Of a stretch of DNA of 60,647 bases, positions 1 through 6,071 are shown one piece after another (within the stretch, counting starts at the first letter, position 1; the number at the start of each line of letters is the position of its first letter). The notes beneath the pieces were generated by a model. It searched no databases and was not told the origin of the DNA. It worked only from the letters and a program-made list of their open reading frames with translations. Source of the DNA: a virus (lineage: Duplodnaviria; Caudoviricetes); IMG/VR virus record IMGVR_UViG_3300005805_000094, positions 1-60,647 of that record. One strand, given 5' to 3'. Made by a program: the position numbers and the translations under genes.

Positions 1-45
1 TGGGTTGGCGAGAACGCTCATATGGAGTGGTTGCTTAATAGATAA
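1..45 (+). CDS. 3' end of small early ORF (partial)
   Basis: Open frame WVGENAHMEWLLNR* ending just before the same hairpin that follows other early ORFs. Confidence 0.4.
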   Translation, partial: WVGENAHMEWLLNR

Positions 46-50
46 ACAAA

Positions 51-89
51 CCCGAAGGGGTGGGGCGAAAGCCCTGCCCCGACAAGGGG
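51..89 (+). terminator. GC-rich hairpin family copy 1
   Basis: CCCGAA-GGGGTGGGGC-GAAA-GCCCTGCCCC-GACAAGGGG; related copies at 3141, 3511, 3793. Confidence 0.6.
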
Positions 90-98
90 TGGCAGAGG

Positions 99-157
99 CC
101 AAGGAAAACGCTCGCCAAAATAAATCCGAATTATCTTGATGACCATATTTTTGGGAA
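99..157 (+). repeat. ~60-bp unknown repeated motif copy 1
   Basis: AGGAAAACGC..GCnAAATAAATCC..ACCATATTTTtGGG; copies at ~1434, ~1921, ~4576. Confidence 0.8.
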
Positions 158-165
158 CCGGGAGC

Positions 166-196
166 AACTTTACATAATAAATAGTTATGTAAAGTT
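166..196. other. Symmetric XerD-arm (dif-like) palindrome
   Basis: AACTTTACATAA-TAAATAG-TTATGTAAAGTT; arms resemble the XerD half of dif. Confidence 0.65.
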
Positions 197-221
197 GGGC
201 ACCGGGCCGGCGGGTCGAAAG

Positions 222-244
222 TTATCCACAGCCCCTGTGGAAAA
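222..244. promoter_or_regulatory. Inverted pair of DnaA boxes
   Basis: TTATCCACA (222-230) and TGTGGAAAA (236-244), both fit TTWTNCACA. Confidence 0.7.
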
Positions 245-270
245 AAATTTAAGAAACTTGCGGTTTTGAC

Positions 271-299
271 TTGCAATTGTATGACATAGCACCTATAAT
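271..299 (+). promoter_or_regulatory. Early sigma70-type promoter
   Basis: TTGCAA-17-TATAAT with TGTATGACA in the spacer and an A-tract upstream. Confidence 0.7.
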
Positions 300-320
300 T
301 GACATATGGAGGTAAACAAA

Positions 321-572
321 ATGAGAACATTACAAGCAGAACTAAATCGTTTTAATCGGAAAGCATTTGACGCAGGCTACGCCTACGCCTATGCCCAGAT
401 TAAAAGTCGGGCAGAAATTACTAAAGTTGCGCCCGAATTATCAGATAAAGAATTGTTAGAAGCGTGGGATAGCGCAGACATCGGATTAGTAGATGACAAC
501 GGCTATGCCTTTAATAACGAATTACTACTAGACCAATTCATAGCAGGATACGAAAGCGCATACGAAAACTAA
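321..572 (+). CDS. Hypothetical early protein
   Basis: ORF with GGAGG SD before ATG 321 (track start 306). Confidence 0.8.
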   Translation: MRTLQAELNRFNRKAFDAGYAYAYAQIKSRAEITKVAPELSDKELLEAWDSADIGLVDDNGYAFNNELLLDQFIAGYESAYEN

Positions 573-577
573 AAAAA

Positions 578-616
578 TATCGGGTCTGAGGTTGTCAAAC
601 AATCTCAGACCCGATA
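578..616. repeat. Inverted repeat overlapping a promoter
   Basis: TATCGGGTCTGAG..CTCAGACCCGATA enclosing TTGTCA, with TAAAAT at its right end. Confidence 0.7.
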
Positions 617-653
617 AAATTAAATTAACAAAACAAAACAGAGAGGGCACAAA

Positions 654-1016
654 ATGAAAACAGCGTTACACGTAAGAACAAACGGAGACATACTAGAAAC
701 AGACCTAGAACCAAACTCGCTACAGGCTTTGCAATTTGCCGTCAATGGCTTAGTGCAGGCAATTGACATAGACGAGTTCACAATGTGGTGCAACGATGAA
801 GGCAAAATCTTAAACTTGCCTCACAACCCATTAGGGCAAGCGTTGTGGACATATCGCTACGGAAACACTGACTACATTGTCGGCGATATTGTAATCACTG
901 GTGGCACAGACGCAGAAGGCGAAACTCTCGGACTGACTAGAAGCCAAGTTCAGAGACTGCGCACCGTTGCGCAAGCCGTCAGGCACTATGTAGAACCCCA
1001 CATTGAGGTTCTGTAG
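654..1016 (+). CDS. DUF3846-like protein
   Basis: LQALQFAVNGLVQAID..MWCNDEGKILNLPHN..IVGDIVITG pattern. Confidence 0.75.
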   Translation: MKTALHVRTNGDILETDLEPNSLQALQFAVNGLVQAIDIDEFTMWCNDEGKILNLPHNPLGQALWTYRYGNTDYIVGDIVITGGTDAEGETLGLTRSQVQRLRTVAQAVRHYVEPHIEVL

Positions 1017-1077
1017 AAAATTAAAATAATCGCACTCGCGAGTTGTAAAAGGCTCGCGAGTGTGATACACTATTATT

Positions 1078-1242
1078 ATGAACAAGACACAAGAACTCAC
1101 CCAACTATTGGACAATATGGAAGTGCCCGAAGGGAGAAAAGGCGACTTAGGTTGGCTTGCCCGAAATCTGGCAATCCGCAACTCAGAGCACCCCGACTTT
1201 ATGAGGGCAAGAAATCTTGTATCCGAGTTGCGAAACTCTTAA
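1078..1242 (+). CDS. Leaderless small protein (54 aa, MNKTQELTQLL...), not in ORF track
   Basis: TG-n-TACACT extended -10 a few nt before ATG; clean frame to TAA. Confidence 0.65.
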   Translation: MNKTQELTQLLDNMEVPEGRKGDLGWLARNLAIRNSEHPDFMRARNLVSELRNS

Positions 1243-1262
1243 AAGTGTGATACACTATTATT

Positions 1263-1403
1263 ATGAACAAAACACAAAACACAAAAAAGCGCAGAGGGTG
1301 GAACGACGCTGACGCGCGGGCATTCGCCGACGGGCAGCGCCTTCGGGCAGCGACAATCCCGGGCAAGCGGAAGGCAGCACCGTCAGCCCGAGAGTGGAAC
1401 TGA
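1263..1403 (+). CDS. Leaderless small basic protein (46 aa, MNKTQNTKKRRGW...), not in ORF track
   Basis: Same GTGTGATACACTATTATTATGAACAA promoter/start block as 1078. Confidence 0.6.
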   Translation: MNKTQNTKKRRGWNDADARAFADGQRLRAATIPGKRKAAPSAREWN

Positions 1404-1433
1404 CGCGAGGACGGCCGGGTGCCAAGCCAGCCC

Positions 1434-1495
1434 GAGGAAAACGCTGCGCAAAATAAATCCGAAATATAACAACTACCATATTTTGGGGAGACGGG
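1434..1495 (+). repeat. ~60-bp unknown repeated motif copy 2
   Basis: GAGGAAAACGCTGCGCAAAATAAATCCGA..ACCATATTTTGGGGAGACGGG. Confidence 0.8.
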
Positions 1496-1528
1496 AGCAA
1501 GTGCCGGGGCAAGCGGGCCGGTCAATAC

Positions 1529-1557
1529 AGTGTATCACAGAATAATTAGTTTGTCAA
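1529..1557 (-). promoter_or_regulatory. Leftward promoter
   Basis: TTGACA-17-TACACT with TG extension on the minus strand. Confidence 0.65.
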
Positions 1558-1662
1558 CCTGAAAAAAATTTATTTATTTTTGTTTTGAGGTTGGTTTTTG
1601 TCTTACAAGGTCTTACAATGAAATAAGTGAGGAATAAGCCTCACTCTTACTAGGAGGTAGTA

Positions 1663-1812
1663 ATGGCATTAGAGATACCCGAGAAAGTTAGCGATATGGC
1701 AAAATCGCTGGCAGAAGCATTACAAGAACTTGCGTTTACGCCAGGCATACCGAAAAGCCAAGAAATGTGGCTGTTCAGTGTCGCCGAGACTTTAGGCGAA
1801 ATTTACAATTAA
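1663..1812 (+). CDS. Small protein (49 aa, MALEIPEKV...), not in ORF track
   Basis: AGGAGGT SD; promoter TTGGTT-17-TACAAT at 1591-1619. Confidence 0.75.
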   Translation: MALEIPEKVSDMAKSLAEALQELAFTPGIPKSQEMWLFSVAETLGEIYN

Positions 1813-1821
1813 ACCCAAGAC

Positions 1822-1886
1822 TGTGTAAGGGGTAGCGTTATGGCGAGAAATCAGGTCGCCCTAAAAGAAGGTCTACCCCTTACACA
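1822..1886. other. Long stem-loop
   Basis: 14-bp TGTGTAAGGGGTAG/CTACCCCTTACACA stem with inner GGCGA/TCGCC hairpin. Confidence 0.6.
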
Positions 1887-1920
1887 AGAAAGGGGGCGGC
1901 CGGGTGCCGAGCCCAGGGTC

Positions 1921-1977
1921 AAGGAAAACGCCACGCGCTAAATAAATCCATTTAAAACGGAACACCATATTTTGGGC
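1921..1977 (+). repeat. ~60-bp unknown repeated motif copy 3
   Basis: AAGGAAAACGCCACGCGCTAAATAAATCC..ACCATATTTTGGG. Confidence 0.8.
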
Positions 1978-1991
1978 GCGGAGGCAGGGGC

Positions 1992-2022
1992 AACTTTACA
2001 TAATAAATAGTTATGTAAAGTT
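1992..2022. other. Symmetric XerD-arm (dif-like) palindrome
   Basis: Identical to 166-196. Confidence 0.65.
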
Positions 2023-2035
2023 CGGGGGCACGGAC

Positions 2036-2064
2036 CGAACATATGTTCGCCGAACAAGTGTTCG
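2036..2064. promoter_or_regulatory. Tandem LexA (SOS) boxes
   Basis: CGAAC-ATAT-GTTCG and CGAAC-AAGT-GTTCG match the Gram-positive/actinobacterial CGAAC-N4-GTTCG box. Confidence 0.8.
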
Positions 2065-2122
2065 GGCAATAGGTAAGTCGGCGAGGCTTTCGCCCCACCG
2101 ACCCGACCCGATTATCTGAGTG

Positions 2123-2443
2123 CTAAATCCTTTCCCACATATGCCCACCGAAATCTAACAATTGTGGAATTACAATTTTGGTCTGAATTTGTCGGCAATT
2201 CTTAAACGGCTTAATGCTTTCATTGAGATAGCGACCAATTGACACCGATGTCATTAACTCAGTGAATTCGTCAAAATCTACTCCGTCATATTCGTAAGTT
2301 TTGCCACTAATGAAAGTTACCGAAAGAGTTCCCTTTGTATAATAGAGTTTGCCATTCTCTATGTCGTAGGTGTCAGTTTCGCCACTGACGAACTCAATTC
2401 GGGTAACTGCTTGACTTGTTAGGCTTTCTATTGCGATACGGAT
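2123..2443 (-). CDS. KTSC domain protein with non-canonical (ATC) start, not in ORF track
   Basis: TLSVTFISGKTYEYDGVDFDEFTELMTSVSIGRYLNESIKPF KTSC pattern; AAGGAGGT SD 5 nt before ATC; in-frame TAA just upstream. Confidence 0.7.
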   Translation of the reverse strand: MRIAIESLTSQAVTRIEFVSGETDTYDIENGKLYYTKGTLSVTFISGKTYEYDGVDFDEFTELMTSVSIGRYLNESIKPFKNCRQIQTKIVIPQLLDFGGHMWERI

Positions 2444-2551
2444 AACTTACCTCCTTGTAAGAGTGGCGTTTTTGCCACTAATAAAATTGTACCACACTGT
2501 AAGACAAAAATGACACATTTTGACAAGTTTCTGAAATTTTTTTTTACGCTA

Positions 2552-2565
2552 CGAACAAGTGTTCG
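2552..2565. promoter_or_regulatory. LexA box
   Basis: CGAACAAGTGTTCG. Confidence 0.75.
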
Positions 2566-2710
2566 CCAGACGGCATTTTGGCTTTGCTGTATAACAGCCT
2601 ATTAGACGCATTAGGAAGCGTTTTGAGAGGCTCTAAAAAAAATAAGAGACTAGGGCAAAGATAGACCACTGTCTAACAACCTGACGCATCTGGAAGCGTC
2701 TGGAACGGGG

Positions 2711-2785
2711 CGAACATATGTTCGGTCGGCAACTTTACATAACAAATAGTTATGTCAAGTTGAGGGCGGGGCGAACAAGTGTTTG
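2711..2785. promoter_or_regulatory. LexA box + XerD-arm palindrome + imperfect LexA box
   Basis: CGAACATATGTTCG (2711-2724); AACTTTACATAA-CAAATAG-TTATGTCAAGTT (2731-2761); CGAACAAGTGTTTG (2772-2785). Confidence 0.75.
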
Positions 2786-2824
2786 GGGGTGTGAAATATG
2801 TTACACAAAAGTTACACAAATAAC

Positions 2825-2853
2825 TTGACAAATGTCTAACAACCTGATACACT
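2825..2853 (+). promoter_or_regulatory. Early promoter with TGTCTAACA spacer motif
   Basis: TTGACA-17-TACACT. Confidence 0.75.
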
Positions 2854-2898
2854 GTATTTAGTGAGGTAAAAGGCTTCACACTTAGGAAGGGGAACAAA

Positions 2899-3138
2899 AT
2901 GGAAGGAATTATCGGGAACAGGGTGGCAATGCCAGCCAACCCAACAGCGTGGCTTATCGCCAACGCACGCAAGGGAGCAATGCTCTACACACGAGACGGG
3001 CAGACGGTGGCAATCATCAACGCCAACACGGTCTACACAGACCCAGACACGGGCGCAAAATTGCGACCACTCTACGCCTCAGAGGGCAAAGGGCGAAGGG
3101 TCTACGAGCCTCGCCCAACACGCCCAATGCTGGACTAG
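2899..3138 (+). CDS. Hypothetical early protein (paralog of 4879..5289)
   Basis: Promoter and SD upstream; shares TAWLIANA.xGAM motif. Confidence 0.8.
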   Translation: MEGIIGNRVAMPANPTAWLIANARKGAMLYTRDGQTVAIINANTVYTDPDTGAKLRPLYASEGKGRRVYEPRPTRPMLD

Positions 3139-3140
3139 AA

Positions 3141-3180
3141 CTCCCCGAAGGGGAAGGGTGAAAGCCCTTCCCCGAAGGAG
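3141..3180 (+). terminator. GC-rich hairpin family copy 2
   Basis: GGGGAAGGGT-GAAA-GCCCTTCCCC right after the stop codon. Confidence 0.6.
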
Positions 3181-3289
3181 GGCGACAGAGGCAGACACGG
3201 GCGACGACGGGCAAAAAAAAAGTTAGAAATAACTTGCTTTTTGTTTAACAAGATGATACAATGAAACCAACAACAACAAAGGAGAAAAA

Positions 3290-3508
3290 ATGCACGAACA
3301 AGGGATACAAGACAGAAACCTAGTAAGTATGAAGGGGACGCCGAGGAGCGTTTTTGCCAATGGCAAAACCGTAGAAATCTGGTGCTCAAGCCCTACGGGC
3401 GACAGTTCAGACACCTCAATCCTCACTCTTACTTGCCTCACAAGTCAGCAGGCGGACATAATCGCCGAGACGTGGCGCAAAGTCTGGGGACTTCCACACT
3501 ACAACTAG
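3290..3508 (+). CDS. Hypothetical early protein
   Basis: AAGGAG SD, promoter at 3234-3262, hairpin after stop. Confidence 0.8.
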   Translation: MHEQGIQDRNLVSMKGTPRSVFANGKTVEIWCSSPTGDSSDTSILTLTCLTSQQADIIAETWRKVWGLPHYN

Positions 3509-3510
3509 AC

Positions 3511-3552
3511 CTCCCCGAAGGGGTGGGGCTTGCGCCCCACCCCGACAAGGGG
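3511..3552 (+). terminator. GC-rich hairpin family copy 3
   Basis: GGGGTGGGGC-TTGC-GCCCCACCCC. Confidence 0.6.
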
Positions 3553-3656
3553 CGGCCAGAGGCAGAAATCGGCGAGCAAAGAAAAAAATAATTAGCCGAA
3601 AATGCTTGACAAATTTTTAAAGTGTGTTATACTAGTATTCAGGAGGGAAGAACAAA

Positions 3657-3791
3657 ATGACACGAAAAGAACAAAACAAAATCACGAGGGAGACGCACGA
3701 GCGTGTAGAGATATACGACTGGGCGCTAGACCCCGAAATAAACGAGGACTTCGGGCAGTGGCACGAGGAACTCGCGCAAGACGACTACTAA
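3657..3791 (+). CDS. Small acidic protein (44 aa, MTRKEQNKI...EIYDWA...), not in ORF track
   Basis: TTGACA/TATACT promoter at 3606-3633, AGGAGG SD, hairpin after stop. Confidence 0.7.
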   Translation: MTRKEQNKITRETHERVEIYDWALDPEINEDFGQWHEELAQDDY

Positions 3792-3792
3792 A

Positions 3793-3826
3793 TCTCCCGA
3801 AGGGGTGGGGCGCGAGCCCCGCCCCA
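3793..3826 (+). terminator. GC-rich hairpin family copy 4
   Basis: GGGGTGGGGC-GCGA-GCCCCGCCCC. Confidence 0.6.
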
Positions 3827-3872
3827 GGAAGACGACAGCCCCAAGGGATTGTTGCGCCCAAGGGCTAGACGC

Positions 3873-3891
3873 AACTTTACATAACTATTTA
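3873..3891. other. XerD-arm half-site
   Basis: AACTTTACATAA-CTATTTA: same arm and spacer as the full palindromes, second arm lost. Confidence 0.5.
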
Positions 3892-3924
3892 TCTTGGGTT
3901 ACACCGAGGAAGGAAAGGAGAAGA

Positions 3925-3987
3925 GTGTTTGTTGGGTTAGGGCTAATGGTCTACGGGCTGTATTGGTTAATTAAAAAAATAATTTAA
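3925..3987 (+). CDS. Possible 20-aa membrane peptide
   Basis: AAGGAG SD before GTG; hydrophobic MFVGLGLMVYGLYWLIKKII. Confidence 0.35.
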   Translation: MFVGLGLMVYGLYWLIKKII

Positions 3988-4052
3988 TTTAGTTGTAATT
4001 TGTTTAACATAATGCTATACTGTAATGGCGGAGAGAAAGGAAGAGGAGAACA

Positions 4053-4145
4053 ATGGTCATAGAAATTTATGATTGGGCGTGCGCAGTCCCGGTGGCGGTT
4101 GCCGTCGTAATTGTGTTCATACTCAAAACAAAAAAAGTTAAATAA
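4053..4145 (+). CDS. 30-aa membrane peptide (MVIEIYDWACAVPV...), not in ORF track
   Basis: GAGGAG SD, promoter at 3993-4021, hairpin downstream. Confidence 0.55.
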   Translation: MVIEIYDWACAVPVAVAVVIVFILKTKKVK

Positions 4146-4154
4146 TCTGAGGGC

Positions 4155-4300
4155 CGAGCCTCGCGGGTGGACAAGCCACCTGCGGGGCTCGCTCGCGGGC
4201 GATGACCGGCACCGGCGCAGGACAGCCCAAGGGAAAAGTGAGGTCTGACGTCAGGTCTTTATTTTCCGCACGAGGAAGGGAAGGGAAGAGACAGTCTCTC
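4155..4300 (-). ncRNA. Candidate sRNA with a pyrimidine-rich anti-SD-like tract
   Basis: Minus-strand TTGACT-17-TACACT promoter (4306-4334), no credible ORF, hairpin at 4155-4192. Confidence 0.35.
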
Positions 4301-4403
4301 TTTATAGTGTATCACATATCGAGCACAAAGTCAAGGGGAAAAATATAAAAAAAATATATATTAATTAGTTGCTATTTGTCTAACACCGTGCTATACTGTA
4401 ATT

Positions 4404-4535
4404 GTAAAGTTCGCAGGTAACCCCTCGCGAACAGACTGTGAGCATATGCCTACGGCGCGGGCACGAGGGCGGTCGGGCGATAAACCCCGATAAACTCGGA
4501 TGACACAGGCAGTGGGTGAAAGCCCCACGTGAATT
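4404..4535 (+). ncRNA. Candidate structured ncRNA
   Basis: Promoter at 4369-4397 followed by several stems and no ORF with an SD. Confidence 0.45.
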
Positions 4536-4575
4536 CCTAGGGCGGCGGGCCAGCGAGTCCGGGGCCCGACGGCCC

Positions 4576-4640
4576 AAGGAAAACGCCGTGCGCTAAATAA
4601 ATCCGATATTGGTGGAACACCATATTTTTGGGAGACGGGG
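4576..4640 (+). repeat. ~60-bp unknown repeated motif copy 4
   Basis: AAGGAAAACGCCGTGCGCTAAATAAATCCGA..ACCATATTTTTGGGAGACGGG. Confidence 0.8.
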
Positions 4641-4646
4641 GCCGAC

Positions 4647-4737
4647 CGAACACTTGTTCGCCGAACACTTGTTTGGGGGTGCGCGACCACTCTGCGTGGT
4701 TGTTAGGTGAGCCTAACAAAATTGCCTCTGTGGATAA
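4647..4737. promoter_or_regulatory. Two LexA boxes, IdeR/DtxR-like palindrome and DnaA box
   Basis: CGAACACTTGTTCG (4647), CGAACACTTGTTTG (4662), TTGTTAGGTGAGCCTAACAA (4700-4719), TGTGGATAA (4729-4737). Confidence 0.7.
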
Positions 4738-4878
4738 CTTCGTGCGCTTGTGCGCGCGTGGCGTGGCCACTTGCGCGCGCGTGGCGTGGCAATTTTCGCC
4801 TATATATGACTAAAAAAAAATAAAAAAAATCGTAAAAAGGTTGTTGCTATTTGTCTAACAATGCGGTAGAAAATAGGT

Positions 4879-5289
4879 ATGACAACAACGAGCCACAACC
4901 GCGAAACCCTCGCTACTCGTTGCGTCATAGTAAAGGGTAATGAAATGTCCGAATACGGAATTGCCGAAACTGGCAAAAGCAACAGCAACACCTACGCAAT
5001 GCGCGACTACTCGCGCAAGGCAACTAAAGAGAATACGCCAGTGCGCTATATCACTCGCGTCAGTGAGCCAGTCAATGCCACCGCGTGGCTCATTGCTAAC
5101 GCTCACAATGGCGCAATGGTGCGCACGCTCAACGGCGTTAAGCACTACGAAATCGGGCACGCACTCGGCGTATTTGACAAGACAACCGAGACTACGCACT
5201 ATCCGCTTATGCCTAAGCGCGGTGCGCGTCGTCGCGGTGCGCGTGGCGTATCGGTTGAGCGTGCGTTGTCAATTTACGACAACGACTAG
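4879..5289 (+). CDS. Hypothetical early protein
   Basis: ORF downstream of promoter 4844-4872; paralog of 2899..3138; start may be 4945. Confidence 0.75.
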   Translation: MTTTSHNRETLATRCVIVKGNEMSEYGIAETGKSNSNTYAMRDYSRKATKENTPVRYITRVSEPVNATAWLIANAHNGAMVRTLNGVKHYEIGHALGVFDKTTETTHYPLMPKRGARRRGARGVSVERALSIYDND

Positions 5290-5298
5290 AAACCGTTA

Positions 5299-5399
5299 GC
5301 GCGAGATGTCGCGAGTGTGAACCCCCCCCACACTCGCGACACTCGCAAGGTTCACGAACTCAAAAGCGTGAGCCTTGCGAGTGTGAAAGTCTCACACTC
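5299..5399. repeat. Nested CACTCGC/GCGAGTG palindromes
   Basis: TGTCGCGAGTGTG..CACACTCGCGACA overlapping CACTCGCAAGG..CCTTGCGAGTG. Confidence 0.6.
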
Positions 5400-5429
5400 T
5401 TAACAACAACAACGAAAGAGAGAAAACTA

Positions 5430-6071
5430 ATGTTCACTTACGGAATTGGCAAAACCGCCAAACGACACACAATCAAACCGAAGCGCGCGCGCGTAATGCT
5501 TGCGCGTTTTGAGCGCTGGCTAGATAGCACTCAAGGCGCGTCAGTGTTCTTTACTGTGCTCACTTGCTTACTCACAACGCTAGTTGCGTTAGCGATAACG
5601 CAAGAGCGCACAAATTTTGCGATGACACTCTTTAGCATTGTGTCTGTGTTCGCGATACTCGCGACCATTGGCGCGCTAATAGTCAGTGATGAGACAAGCA
5701 AGCGCACCACGAAACAATGGCGCGCTATTTTCGCGCGCGAATACAACGCGCAAGCGAAAGAGAAACTCACACTCTCGCAAGAGTTAGAGCGCGAAACTGT
5801 CGCGCGTAAAGAGTTGAGCGCACTACTCGCACGAGTTGAGCGAGACGCACAACTAGAGCGCGAGAACCTAGAACACAACTTGCGCGCCTATAAGCGAGAC
5901 CTAGCGAGTAATCGTCAAAACTACTCGCGCGCACTTGAGACGGTAAACGAGTTGCGCGAGTTAATCGCGAGTTATGAAAGCCAGTTGCGCGAATTATCAG
6001 GCGCGCTATTTGACGCAAAAGTAAATAGTGGCGATATTGACTTTACGAATTACGGGAAAGACATCGACTAG
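5430..6071 (+). CDS. Membrane protein with two TM helices and a coiled coil
   Basis: Two hydrophobic stretches followed by heptad-rich E/R/L region. Confidence 0.75.
   Translation: MFTYGIGKTAKRHTIKPKRARVMLARFERWLDSTQGASVFFTVLTCLLTTLVALAITQERTNFAMTLFSIVSVFAILATIGALIVSDETSKRTTKQWRAIFAREYNAQAKEKLTLSQELERETVARKELSALLARVERDAQLERENLEHNLRAYKRDLASNRQNYSRALETVNELRELIASYESQLRELSGALFDAKVNSGDIDFTNYGKDID

Noticed and set aside
60-269. ORF track CDS (also 1199..1525, 2673..2972, 4391..4690, 4628..4813, 6028..6297)
   Set aside because: They run through motif cassettes and lack SDs; recurring 'EHMF/NTCS' text is simply translated LexA boxes
166-2761. Canonical dif or Xer-dependent attP
   Set aside because: Both arms are XerD-like, the spacer is 7 bp and there are multiple copies; no XerC arm
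4436-4508. Hammerhead ribozyme or kink-turn
   Set aside because: GGATGA resembles CUGAUGA, but the required GAAA and UH placement and tandem G-A pairs do not fit
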